From the NCBI GenBank assembly GCA_965197475.1, contig CBDANF010000002.1, positions 736,001 through 800,000 of the forward strand: a stretch of 64,000 bases of DNA, read 5' to 3'. Position numbers and translations under genes: made by a program. Under the pieces are notes generated by a model that ran no database searches, was not told where the DNA came from, and saw only the letters and a program-made list of their open reading frames with translations. Shown piece after piece: positions 11,077 through 21,011 of the stretch; position 1 is the first letter of the stretch, and each line of letters starts with the position of its first letter. This stretch comes from Candidatus Poribacteria bacterium. GTDB lineage: Bacteria; Poribacteria; WGA-4E; WGA-3G.

Positions 11077-11505
11077 GTGTATTGTTACGATTATCCACGC
11101 CCCTCAGTTACTGTTGATATTGTGCTCTTGACAGATACGTTCCCGCGTTCACAAGTCTTGTTAATCCGACGTAAGAACCCTCCTTTCAAGGACCTGTGGG
11201 CACTACCGGGCGGGTTCCTGGAGATGGATGAAACACTTGAAGAAAGCGCATTACGTGAGTTATACGAAGAGACGAATATATCAGGAGTCAATCTGACACA
11301 AGTAGGCACTTTTGGACATCCTGAGCGTGATCCGCGCGGACGCGTTATCACCGTCGCCTACGTTGGAATCATTAAATCGGAACAAGTGGAAGTTACTGCA
11401 GGTTCCGATGCGTCTGAAGTTGCGTGGTTTTCAACATTAGACTTGCCACAACTCGCCTTTGACCATAGCGAAATCATTCAAAAGGCTTTAGAAGGATTAA
11501 AATGA
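11077..11505 (+). CDS. NUDIX hydrolase (ADP-ribose pyrophosphatase-like)
   Basis: WALPGGF..DETLEESALRELYEET Nudix box; RDPR and LAFDH motifs. Confidence 0.9.
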   Translation: MYCYDYPRPSVTVDIVLLTDTFPRSQVLLIRRKNPPFKDLWALPGGFLEMDETLEESALRELYEETNISGVNLTQVGTFGHPERDPRGRVITVAYVGIIKSEQVEVTAGSDASEVAWFSTLDLPQLAFDHSEIIQKALEGLK

Positions 11506-11834
11506 AACATTTCGGTTTAACATTGAACCTGAAAGACGATCCGCAAATTATTAAATAGTATAAGGCTTACCATCGGGATGCTTGGCCAGAGACATTGGCT
11601 GGTCTAAAAGCAGTCGGTATTACGAAGATAAATATATACCTGTTAGGTCGGCGTTTATTTATGGCAATGGAGACCGTTGATACGTTTGACATTGAACGCG
11701 ATTTTCCGCGTTACCTTGAAGAACATCCGAAATGCAGCGAGTGGGATGAATTAATGCGAACTTTTCAGGAACCGGTTGAAGAGGCACAGGCAGATGAATG
11801 GTGGGCACAGATGGAACCCGTGTTTGAGCTATAA
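11502..11834 (+). pseudogene. L-rhamnose mutarotase-family gene with in-frame TAG at codon 19
   Basis: ATG 11502 overlaps the NUDIX stop; MKHFGLTLNLKDDPQIIK*YKAYHRDAWPE...EWDELM..FQ..EWWAQMEPVFEL; TAG at 11556-11558. Confidence 0.8.
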
Positions 11835-11925
11835 ATCGGCCAAAAGCGTGAACATGTGAGGTGTCCACAATCTTGTTTGTGTGATTTGTTGTGCCATTTC
11901 TGGGTAACAAAAGGTTGAAAAAACA

Positions 11926-12846
11926 ATGACTATAGTTTACGACTTCATTGCATTCAGCGGTAGGATTTCAGAAAATAGTTGGAGTCTCGGTATGAAAGCG
12001 ATTCAGGGCGAAGTGCCGCTGGATATCGTCATACCGAATATGCGGACATCATCAAATTCCGACGATGACGATATCATCGGGGTTTTAACGAAAGAAGGCA
12101 TATCCAGAGAAAGCTCCGATGTGATGGAACTCTACCGGTATCTCCGGCAGCTGAATCCGAAATCAAATCAGGCATTCGGATACAATGAGGTTGCGATCCG
12201 GAATATCCATACTCACCTGAATTCTCTGAAGGTCAATGATGAACTCCACGTCCAAATTACTTATTCCGAACGTAAAGAGAATTATGTTCCGTCTACATAT
12301 AATATCAAATTGTTAGGTACCTTCCCGATTTCACCTATGGATTTCCTGTCTCCAGAACCTGATATGCCTGAGAACACTGTTACAGATACCACTGAAGATG
12401 ATGTACAGGATATTCCTATACAAGATGAAAAAAATGTAATTCCCAAAGATTTCCCTCGTCCGGATTCAGAGATACCGGTTTATAAAACGACAAATACCCT
12501 TGAGAAATTAATCGTTTTTACACGAACGCTGCAGTCTGAATTGAAGGAAACTCAGAAAAATCTTGTGTTAATGACAGAAAAAGTGAAATTATTGGAAGAG
12601 GAGCGACAGCACTACCGAGAACAAGAACACTTGCTTCAGAACATTCTTGAACAGATCAATCAGTTAGAAAGTTTTAACAGTCGACTAAACTCTCTTGAAG
12701 GTGATCGCTATCAACTTGATAAACTACAACACACCTTAACAACTTTTTTCAAAACCTCGAATCGGCAGATACAAGCAATGCTTAAAGAGGTAAGTGATGA
12801 AACGGATGAAATTGATCCTGATTTATCAATACCTCGCTTAAAATAG
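11926..12846 (+). CDS. Hypothetical protein with C-terminal coiled coil
   Basis: 306-aa ORF; heptad-rich E/Q/L C-terminus. Confidence 0.7.
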   Translation: MTIVYDFIAFSGRISENSWSLGMKAIQGEVPLDIVIPNMRTSSNSDDDDIIGVLTKEGISRESSDVMELYRYLRQLNPKSNQAFGYNEVAIRNIHTHLNSLKVNDELHVQITYSERKENYVPSTYNIKLLGTFPISPMDFLSPEPDMPENTVTDTTEDDVQDIPIQDEKNVIPKDFPRPDSEIPVYKTTNTLEKLIVFTRTLQSELKETQKNLVLMTEKVKLLEEERQHYREQEHLLQNILEQINQLESFNSRLNSLEGDRYQLDKLQHTLTTFFKTSNRQIQAMLKEVSDETDEIDPDLSIPRLK

Positions 12847-12875
12847 AACCGACATACGGAAAGGACAACCATTTC

Positions 12876-13676
12876 ATGATGAAAATTGGCACGATGTCTT
12901 TGAATGTTAAGGGCGCAACAGCAAGCGATTTTGCGCAAATCGTACACGATCTCGGTTTTGATGTGATTGAGCTGCATTACAGAGCGTTTGAATCCACCGA
13001 TGTAAATTATTTACGGGAACTGAAGATGAATCTGATGAAAAAAGGTTTACCGTTAGGTTATATCGGTATCAGCAATAACTTTGGCAAACCTGTTGCTGAA
13101 CACCCTGAACAGATTGCGCTGATTAAGAAATGGATTGACGTTGCTGCTTTTATGAGTTGCCCGATAGTGCGAGTTTTTGCTGCTTATGTGCCTGCAGATT
13201 GTGAAGATGAGGAGACATTGTGGCCTCCGATGATTGAGGGTTTCAAAGAGGTTGCTGAATACGGGTATGAATCGGGGATTCTCGTGGGGTTGCAGAATCA
13301 CAATCACAATAACGTTACACGCGATGGCGATGCCGTTTTACGTGCCTTGAATGAAACCGACCATCCCTATTTTACACATATTTTGGATACGGGACAGTAC
13401 GCAGGTTCGCCTGGGGCAAGTGGACATCGCGGTTCGTCACATCCGGATTACGACTGCTATGCCAGTATTGAACAGACTGCCCCCCATGCTGTTTATGTCC
13501 GAACCAAGTTTTATGAGATTGATAGCGGTGTTGAGGAATGGTTGGATTATCCGCGGGTTTTGGACATTTTGCGAGGTGTTGGCTACAACGGCTGTCTTTC
13601 AGTTGTTTATGAAGGTCAATCCGATCCGATTGAATCGATGCGTAAGGCGAGAAGTTATCTGGAATCCTTACTGTAA
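12876..13676 (+). CDS. Sugar phosphate isomerase/epimerase (xylose-isomerase-like TIM barrel)
   Basis: GFDVIEL, VRVFA, LQNHNH, ILDTGQY, GYNGCLSVVYEG. Confidence 0.85.
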   Translation: MMKIGTMSLNVKGATASDFAQIVHDLGFDVIELHYRAFESTDVNYLRELKMNLMKKGLPLGYIGISNNFGKPVAEHPEQIALIKKWIDVAAFMSCPIVRVFAAYVPADCEDEETLWPPMIEGFKEVAEYGYESGILVGLQNHNHNNVTRDGDAVLRALNETDHPYFTHILDTGQYAGSPGASGHRGSSHPDYDCYASIEQTAPHAVYVRTKFYEIDSGVEEWLDYPRVLDILRGVGYNGCLSVVYEGQSDPIESMRKARSYLESLL

Positions 13677-13699
13677 ATCCCTAAATCGTAGAGGGCAAG

Positions 13700-14803
13700 A
13701 TGAAAACACGCGCTGCTGTTATGTATGAACATAATCAACCTGTGGTTGTTGAAGAATTGGAATTAGAAGAGCCAAAAGCGAATGAAGTTCTCGTCCGTAC
13801 TGCTGCAAGTGGCGTGTGTCATTCTGATCTATCTGTTGTCACTGGAACTATCTACTACGATGCGGCTGTTGTCCTTGGGCATGAGGGTGCTGGTGTTATT
13901 GAGCATGTTGGAAGCGATGTGACAGACTTTCGTGTGGATGACCATGTAATTCTGTCCTTCGTCACATATTGTGGTGATTGCAGGATGTGTCAGATGGAAA
14001 AAGTCTGTCTGTGCGAAAGTTATAATGTGCCGCGCGGGTTTCAATTAGATGGCACTTATCGTCTATATAACAAATCCGGTGAAGGCATCCTACAGATGGC
14101 GCGGATTGCAACGATGTCAGAATATATGGTCGTACCGCAACAAAACCTCGTCAAAATAGATGACCACTATTCGTTAGAGCAAGCTGCGCTTGTGGGATGT
14201 GGTGTGACAACAGGTGTTGGCGCAGTTCTCAACACAGCGAAGGTGGAACCCGGTAGTTCAGTAGCGGTAATTGGAACCGGCGGTGTAGGTTTGAACGCCA
14301 TTCAAGGTGCTGTTCTTGCACAAGCGGAAAAGATTATCGCCGTTGATATTGCTGCGAAAAAACTTGACTTTGCCAAACGTTTTGGTGCTACGGATGTCGT
14401 GAACGCCACGGATGATGATCCGGTTGAAGCAGTTCGTGGGTTGACGGATGGTCGTGGTGTAGATTACGCATTTGAGGTCATCGGAAATCCGCAAACTATC
14501 GTCCAAGCATATCGTATGATGCGAGCTGCGGGTACTGCTGTTATTGTCGGCATGGCACATCATCAAAAAGAATTCAGCATTCCAGCGCAGCACTTCGTTG
14601 CAACTGAAAGGCGGATCATCGGTTCGTTTTACGGTTCATGTCAACCACGGGTGGATATGCCGAAACTTCTCAATCTGTATACAGAAGGGAAGTTAAAATT
14701 AGATGAACTGATTACAAAACACTATCGGCTTGATCAGATTAATGAGGCATTTGCGGATATGGAAGCCGGTGAAAACGCCCGTGGAGTAATTGTTTTTAAC
14801 TAA
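13700..14803 (+). CDS. Zn-dependent alcohol dehydrogenase (class III-like)
   Basis: GVCHSD, GHEGAG, structural-Zn Cys cluster, GCGVTTG, GTGGVG. Confidence 0.92.
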   Translation: MKTRAAVMYEHNQPVVVEELELEEPKANEVLVRTAASGVCHSDLSVVTGTIYYDAAVVLGHEGAGVIEHVGSDVTDFRVDDHVILSFVTYCGDCRMCQMEKVCLCESYNVPRGFQLDGTYRLYNKSGEGILQMARIATMSEYMVVPQQNLVKIDDHYSLEQAALVGCGVTTGVGAVLNTAKVEPGSSVAVIGTGGVGLNAIQGAVLAQAEKIIAVDIAAKKLDFAKRFGATDVVNATDDDPVEAVRGLTDGRGVDYAFEVIGNPQTIVQAYRMMRAAGTAVIVGMAHHQKEFSIPAQHFVATERRIIGSFYGSCQPRVDMPKLLNLYTEGKLKLDELITKHYRLDQINEAFADMEAGENARGVIVFN

Positions 14804-14880
14804 CGTATTTCTCTCAATCGTTTATAGTACCGCAATTCATTGTGCCTCTTCCAGCTTAACGGGCATCTGATACCTGAAAT

Positions 14881-15660
14881 ATGAAATCCATCCATACCGC
14901 TGTCCGCGACCAATTTAGCCAACATGCTGAGTATTACGCGCAGAGCAGTGCACATGCTAAAGGGGATACCCTTGAGATTATCCTTAACTTTGCGGATCCA
15001 AAAGGGACGGAAAAAGTGCTGGATATCGCGACAGGTACAGGTTTTACAGCGTTCGCACTTGCTCCAAAAGTAGCACATGTTGTGGCTACTGATTTAACAC
15101 CGGAGATGGTCGCCAAAGCATCCGAACTTGCCCAGGAACAAACGATAGAGAATATCGCGTTTTCTGTTGCCGCTGCAGAATCTCTACCGTTTGTTACTGC
15201 GTCGTTAGATTTAGTGACCTGTCGACTTGCCCCTCACCATTTTCAAAATGTCCCAAAATTCTTGTCTGAGGCCCATCGGGTTCTACGAATAGATGGATTT
15301 TTTTGTCTCGTCGATTCCGTTTCCCCTGAATCAGAAAAGTTAATAGCATGGCAGAACCGCGTAGAGAAATTACGCGACGATTCTCATGTATTTGGATATC
15401 CGCCATCTCAGTGGGATACGATGATTGCGAATGCCGGTTTTGAGATTGAGAAAACAGCACATGTGCGAAATGCACAAATGTCGTTTTTGTGGTGGGTACG
15501 TCCACAGAAAAACCCGCCAGAAGTGGTTAGAGAAATCCGTGATGCGTTTGCTGAACTTTCACCTGATGATGCAAAAAAGCATTATACAGTTAAACCCGCG
15601 GGTAATGATCTCTATTTTTCGTGGCCGATGTACGCGGTTAAAGCAAAACGGAGGCAATAA
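14881..15660 (+). CDS. Class I SAM-dependent methyltransferase
   Basis: VLDIATGTG, AESLPF, APHHF, LRDDSH. Confidence 0.88.
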   Translation: MKSIHTAVRDQFSQHAEYYAQSSAHAKGDTLEIILNFADPKGTEKVLDIATGTGFTAFALAPKVAHVVATDLTPEMVAKASELAQEQTIENIAFSVAAAESLPFVTASLDLVTCRLAPHHFQNVPKFLSEAHRVLRIDGFFCLVDSVSPESEKLIAWQNRVEKLRDDSHVFGYPPSQWDTMIANAGFEIEKTAHVRNAQMSFLWWVRPQKNPPEVVREIRDAFAELSPDDAKKHYTVKPAGNDLYFSWPMYAVKAKRRQ

Positions 15661-15662
15661 AA

Positions 15663-16568
15663 ATGGTATCTCAAAAAAGAATCCCTACTTATGACACATC
15701 AGTTAAAGTGAATATAGCGAAAATAGTTAAATTTCTTCTAGTGCTTTGCATGGTACTCACGTTGTTCGTCGGTTGCCAAACGCCCAACCCCGACGGTGAA
15801 ACGGACATGGTTTTGATTCCAGCAGGCGAATTTGACATGGGAAATAATGATATTGACCATTCTGATGGTCCATACGGTCCTCAGAAAGACGAAAGTCCGA
15901 TACACACCGTCTATGTGGACGCATTCTATATAGACAAATACGAAGTAACAAATGCTGACTTTAAAAAGTTCCTTGATGCTAATCCGGAGTGGCAAAAAGG
16001 AAACGTTGAATTTCAATACAATGACTCGTACCTGTACGAGTGGGATGGGAATACTTATCCGAGTCGTAAAGATCACCATCCTGTTAATGTAGATTGGCAT
16101 GCGGCAATGGCTTATGCAAAATGGGTCGGGAAGCGTTTGCCAACAGAAGCAGAATGGGAGAAGGCGGCACGCGGTGGATTAAAAAATAAACTCTACCCAT
16201 GGGGGGATTCAAGGCCTACCACCAATCAGGCAAATTACGAGGTGAATCCTTCATCTGTCTCTGTTGGATCGTATCATCCCAACGACTATGGCTTGTATGA
16301 TATGGCGGGTAACGTATGGGAGTGGTGTCTTGATGAGTATCAAGCCGATTTTTATAAGGATTCACCTGATCATAACCCGATTGCAGGGGCAGACAGCATT
16401 ACGTACATACTAAATAACTATAAAGGCGTTAAAAGTCCTCGTGTGTTGCGTGGTGGTAGGTAGGTCTTCGGAGCTGATCAAATAAGGGTTTCTAAACGCT
16501 ATTCGCATCCTCCAGAAAAATGCCGCCCCTCTTTCGGTTTTCGTTGTGTGAAGCCGGTGAAACGTTAG
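15663..16568 (+). pseudogene. Formylglycine-generating-enzyme (FGE-sulfatase) family lipoprotein with in-frame TAG
   Basis: RLPTEAEWEKAARGG and GLYDMAGNVWEW; RVLRGGR* (TAG 16461-16463, at the conserved Trp position), then 34 more in-frame codons including the family end motif GFRC. Confidence 0.82.
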
Positions 16569-16586
16569 TCTTTACCTATTATAAAG

Positions 16587-16834
16587 AAATCTCCGTGATG
16601 AATTGCTTGTTGAATCGCTTGTTTCCAGGGCGTTCCAGGGTTTAAATTATCCCAATCCACCCAAACAGTGACGTCATTTGAGGTAAGGGCATTAATGGGA
16701 TAAATCGGTTTTACAAGGTTTTTCTCCTACAAATAGAAGCGCGGTGAATTAGTGATTACAAACTGCTATTCACCGCGTAATAATTAATGAAAATAATACC
16801 AATTCTGATAAATAAAGTGCCATTACGGAGATTT
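16587..16834. repeat. Possible ~250-bp MITE remnant
   Basis: 14-bp inverted termini AAATCTCCGTGATG / CATTACGGAGATTT (1 mismatch); internal hairpin ~16739-16778. Confidence 0.35.
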
Positions 16835-16870
16835 TATGAGATTTTGAAGTTCATCCTATGTTGAATGTCC

Positions 16871-16900
16871 GAGGCGCAATGAATTGCGCGACTACAAACG
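16871..16900 (-). repeat. GTAG-headed REP-like palindrome (family also at ~14826, 41642, 42278, 42516, 62935)
   Basis: GAGGCGCAATGAATTGCGCGACTACAAACG recurs identically at 62935; minus strand reads GTAG + hairpin. Confidence 0.7.
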
Positions 16901-16942
16901 CGTTTTTGTTAATGAGAAGTTATTATTCAGAAATGGTATAAC

Positions 16943-19723
16943 TTAGAAAGTTTGCGTCAAACGTGCGATTGCTAACCTGCCAATTTCCGGAGTTCCGACA
17001 AATTGCTGATGTTTGTAATCCATCAGATTTTGGACAGTCACCGAAAGACGTGGCTTGGGACCGAGTGGAATATCATAGCCAGTGCTTAGATCAACCGTAT
17101 AGTACGATTCGACTTCGCCAACATAAACACCGGATCGGACAGGAAAGCCTTGCACATAACGCGCGCGGAGTCCGACTCCTAATCCAAGCCCCGTGTTAAT
17201 ATATTGAACATTCGCACCGTACTTGTTCTTAGGTGCATTTAGGGCAATGTCACCGATTCCATCAACGTTCTCAAAGAGGTCTTTGCTGACAAACGAATAA
17301 TTTGCGCCGAGACTCCAACTCGGATTGAGAAAAAAGGTGAAATTCAGGTCTAATCCGTTGAGCGAAATGTCGCCGTAGTTGCGATAGGTCAACATGACTG
17401 CATTTGGGTCTGTCGCCTGTTCGGGTGTCACCGTGCCAAACGGAATGTAAGCGGCACCGTTATTTGCGGTCCCTGCTACGAACAACGTAACCAATTCATC
17501 AATAGGTGAACCGTTCCCATTTCCACCTTGAGTGGGTGCATCAAACGCCATTAGTGCTTGCCCAAGTATTGCATTTTGAGGATCGGCTAATGCTGCCCCG
17601 ATCTGTTGGCCGAGGGAAGCTCTCAACGTTGTCGCATCAAGGAACACATTGGGGGTTTCTACGAACAATGGACCGATGAAATTGTTAATTCTTGAATGGT
17701 AGACATCAACAGAAAAAGCTAACTGTTTCAGAAAAATCCCTTTGTAACCGACCTCATAAGTCTGCGTGATGGTCGGCTCAAGTGCGTCAACATCATTCAC
17801 ATCTTCAACGTCAATGAAGCTTGCTGTCTGTGGATCAAGCGACTGTAAGACATTTTTCACACCTGCTACCTGTTGAGGGATGAGGTTTTCAAAACCTTCG
17901 GATAGAGATGTGATTATTGGTTCTGGAAATTGTTGTGCGGCTAAACCTGCTTCGAGTCGCGGCTTCAACTCACTCATGACAGCAGTGCGCGCTACGTTCC
18001 ACATAACGTTGGTGAAAGTAGGACTATCAAGCGGGATGAAATTATCACCTGAGGGTGAGAAGGGTGAACGAAATTCTGGGAGTCCATTGGTACTTCTCTT
18101 GAAGGTGAATCCTGTTTCTGAAGGGACACCTTGTGCCCGAATGTCAATTCCTACTTTAAACGGGTTTTCTGTTGACAGTATATCAAGAAACAGGTTTGAA
18201 GTTCCGGGGGTATTGAAAGCACGGTTATAGGTTGCCCTCAGGTTATGGTCATCATTTGGTTGCAACGCAAGTGCAACTCTCGGTGAAAGCACAATATCGT
18301 TGAGATGGTTGTGATTATCCGCTCTACCGGCAGCAATTAACTTGAGCTGCGGCAAGATATTGGTTTCCGACTGCAAATAAACACCTACTTCGTTGATACT
18401 GTCTTTATCTTCATTGACACCATTAATCGTGCCACCAGTATCGGGGCGGGTAAGCAACACATCCAATCCGTAAGTAAAACGTTGCACATCCCCAATGCCA
18501 TAACTGTGTTGAATCTGACCTACATATAGGTTGGAATTATCGACAGTTGGCAGCCCTGTTCGGAGCACATAAGTATCGCCAGCATCACTCCGATTCAGAA
18601 AGGCTTGTGCAAACAGGTCCTTATAAATGAAACGAGCTTGGGCATAACCGTAAGTCCAGTTTTTAGCTTGTCCCGCACCGATTCCTGTTAGTTCAATCCC
18701 GGAGGCTTGTGTTAAACCACTGGCGAGAATCACAGATGTTTCGTCACTTGGACTATAATCGACTCGAAATTCGCCCCTTGCGTGTGAGGTGTCAAATAAA
18801 GGCTCCAGTTCGCCTTCAATGTCCTCTTTCGCACGTCCCTCTTCCCAATCATGTCCTCGGGTATAATTCGCTGTCAATTTGTAGCCAATCGTGTCATTGA
18901 TGACACCTGCATGCCGCAGCGAACCGATGAGAAGACTCCGTTCACCGCCGCCAATGCTAACAGTTGTGCCTTGAGAAGTAAACGGAGAGCGGGTGAGGAT
19001 GTGCATTACACCGTTGGCACTGTTTGGACCATACAACGCTGCACCAGGACCAGATACGACTTCAATCTGCTCAATGTCCTCGCTTATGGTAGGAATGAGT
19101 GTGTAAGCATTGACACGCAGCGAAGGAACACTTGCGATCCGATTGTCCACAAGCGACAGAAGGTTCCCTGAAAACACGTTGTTAAAACCGCGCACGACAA
19201 CATACGAGGTGCTGATCCCAGAAGTCACAACATCCACTGCACGTAACGACTTTAAGTGCTCCGTGATACTCAACGAGACTCGGTCTTTGATCTCAGAATC
19301 ATCAAGAAGGGCAACCGATGCTGGTGCCTCAAGGACTTTTTCCTTACGACGTGATGCCGTAACAGAAACCTTTTCAAGTTCAATAACTTCGGAAGCGAGT
19401 GAAATTTCTACCGATTTGGTTTCATCTGCAGCAAGCGCAACATCCGTCATTACCTTTTCAGCGTACTCTTGAGAAGATACGGTAATTGTGTAGACACCCG
19501 CAGCTAAATCAACTAATGTAAGTGCGCCATTCACATCGCTTACACCTTTAGCAACATCGCCGGTTTTAGGTGTAGTGGTGATAGAGACATTGTTCAGTTT
19601 TTTTCCTGTTTGGGCATCTATCACCGTAATGTTCAAGGTAGCAGCTTGCACTGATACTGTAGCGACTCCCAAGATAACGCATAAGGCGAACACCGTTAGA
19701 TTAACTAAGCTCAATTGTTTCAT
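16943..19723 (-). CDS. TonB-dependent receptor with N-terminal carboxypeptidase-regulatory-like domain
   Basis: Signal peptide, VTASRRKE, plug motif IEQIEVVSGPGAALYG.N, C-terminal Phe; ATG 19723 with GGAG SD. Confidence 0.92.
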   Translation of the reverse strand: MKQLSLVNLTVFALCVILGVATVSVQAATLNITVIDAQTGKKLNNVSITTTPKTGDVAKGVSDVNGALTLVDLAAGVYTITVSSQEYAEKVMTDVALAADETKSVEISLASEVIELEKVSVTASRRKEKVLEAPASVALLDDSEIKDRVSLSITEHLKSLRAVDVVTSGISTSYVVVRGFNNVFSGNLLSLVDNRIASVPSLRVNAYTLIPTISEDIEQIEVVSGPGAALYGPNSANGVMHILTRSPFTSQGTTVSIGGGERSLLIGSLRHAGVINDTIGYKLTANYTRGHDWEEGRAKEDIEGELEPLFDTSHARGEFRVDYSPSDETSVILASGLTQASGIELTGIGAGQAKNWTYGYAQARFIYKDLFAQAFLNRSDAGDTYVLRTGLPTVDNSNLYVGQIQHSYGIGDVQRFTYGLDVLLTRPDTGGTINGVNEDKDSINEVGVYLQSETNILPQLKLIAAGRADNHNHLNDIVLSPRVALALQPNDDHNLRATYNRAFNTPGTSNLFLDILSTENPFKVGIDIRAQGVPSETGFTFKRSTNGLPEFRSPFSPSGDNFIPLDSPTFTNVMWNVARTAVMSELKPRLEAGLAAQQFPEPIITSLSEGFENLIPQQVAGVKNVLQSLDPQTASFIDVEDVNDVDALEPTITQTYEVGYKGIFLKQLAFSVDVYHSRINNFIGPLFVETPNVFLDATTLRASLGQQIGAALADPQNAILGQALMAFDAPTQGGNGNGSPIDELVTLFVAGTANNGAAYIPFGTVTPEQATDPNAVMLTYRNYGDISLNGLDLNFTFFLNPSWSLGANYSFVSKDLFENVDGIGDIALNAPKNKYGANVQYINTGLGLGVGLRARYVQGFPVRSGVYVGEVESYYTVDLSTGYDIPLGPKPRLSVTVQNLMDYKHQQFVGTPEIGRLAIARLTQTF

Positions 19724-19963
19724 TACATTCAACTCCTTTATTGAGAAATATTGATGGTTGCCGTTTAATAAGCAACATATCAAAAACCAATATCAACGTT
19801 GGGATAGTTCACGAATCGTTTGTGTCAAAAGTGGTTTGCTAAAGATCAAAGCCCCCCCACGATTTATGACAGTGCTTAAGTATTACAAATCTCAAAAGAA
19901 AAATCAAACTTTTTCTGATAAACCAAATTTTGCTTGCGTATACACAGCAAATTCCTTTGCGAC

Positions 19964-20923
19964 CTACCTTGATAGAAATTGTTCAATCTCCGAATGGTTT
20001 GGTAGGGCAGGAATTACGCCGACCTTCTGAGTTGCGAATGCTCCCGCAGCATTCGCATACCGCATAATAGTATCAAGTTGATCTTTTTCAAGCGATGCGA
20101 GGTCATCAATATGCTTCATCAGTTGTGTGAGCATGGCAGCAACGAACGCATCACCTGCGCCAAGCGTATCCACCACCTCAACAGCAAAACCATCGACATA
20201 CCCTTCAGCAGTACCGTTTGTGTAATAACACCCTTGCTCCCCTAATGTGACAACAAGCAACTTCACGCCGAGTCCGAGAATGCGCTCAACGCCTTGCTTC
20301 AATTCAACATCGCCTGTAACAAACTCCCACTCTTCTTCTGAAATTTTGACAACGTCTGCATAAGGCATCACTTCCCATATCCAGTGCTTGGCATCGTCAG
20401 GGTTGTCCCAGAGCATCAACCGCAAATTAGGATCGTAGGAGATAAACGCATCAGCGAACTTTGCGCATTGAATCGCTTTGAGTGTTGCTTCACGGGTCGG
20501 TGAATGACTGAGGCTAACAGAACCGTAATGAAACAGTTCCGCCGATTGGATATAGTCTGTGTCAATCTCATCGGGTGAAAGTTGGATGTCGGCACCCGGA
20601 TGTCGATAGAAGGTAATATCTTTTCTGCCATCGGAGCGGATAGCGACGAAGGCTAATGTGGTACGAGAGGTTTCCCCTGCAATGAGATACGCTGTGTCAA
20701 CACTGTTCTGTTGAAGCGTTTCAGTCAGGAAATCACCAAACGGATCTGCGCCGACCTTGCCGATGAACCCGGCATCTACGCCGAGTTTGGCTAATCCAAC
20801 GGCAACGTTAGCAGGTGCACCACCTGGGGCTTTAACGAATCCTGGAGCTTCGGCAAGGGTTACATCAGGCGTTGTAGATACAAAATCGATGAGAAGTTCA
20901 CCGATACATAAAGCTTTTGGCAT
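19964..20923 (-). CDS. PfkB-family carbohydrate kinase (fructokinase-like)
   Basis: GGAPANVA, YDPNLR, VDTLGAGDAF. Confidence 0.92.
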   Translation of the reverse strand: MPKALCIGELLIDFVSTTPDVTLAEAPGFVKAPGGAPANVAVGLAKLGVDAGFIGKVGADPFGDFLTETLQQNSVDTAYLIAGETSRTTLAFVAIRSDGRKDITFYRHPGADIQLSPDEIDTDYIQSAELFHYGSVSLSHSPTREATLKAIQCAKFADAFISYDPNLRLMLWDNPDDAKHWIWEVMPYADVVKISEEEWEFVTGDVELKQGVERILGLGVKLLVVTLGEQGCYYTNGTAEGYVDGFAVEVVDTLGAGDAFVAAMLTQLMKHIDDLASLEKDQLDTIMRYANAAGAFATQKVGVIPALPNHSEIEQFLSR

Positions 20924-21011
20924 AAGGGTTTATTCCTCTAAAATGTGGACATAAGGTTTACGCGTATTTAAAGGTTGATATATCTGTCCCATAGACTATA
21001 TTCATGTTAGC

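Noticed and set aside
11556-11558. Genome-wide TAG reassignment or pyrrolysine
   Set aside because: TAG ends many intact genes at their expected C-termini, the interrupted positions imply different residues, and no pyl genes were seen.
16440-16568. DGR variable region in the FGE/C-type-lectin-fold protein
   Set aside because: No template repeat or reverse transcriptase was seen in the window, and TGG>TAG is not adenine-specific mutagenesis.
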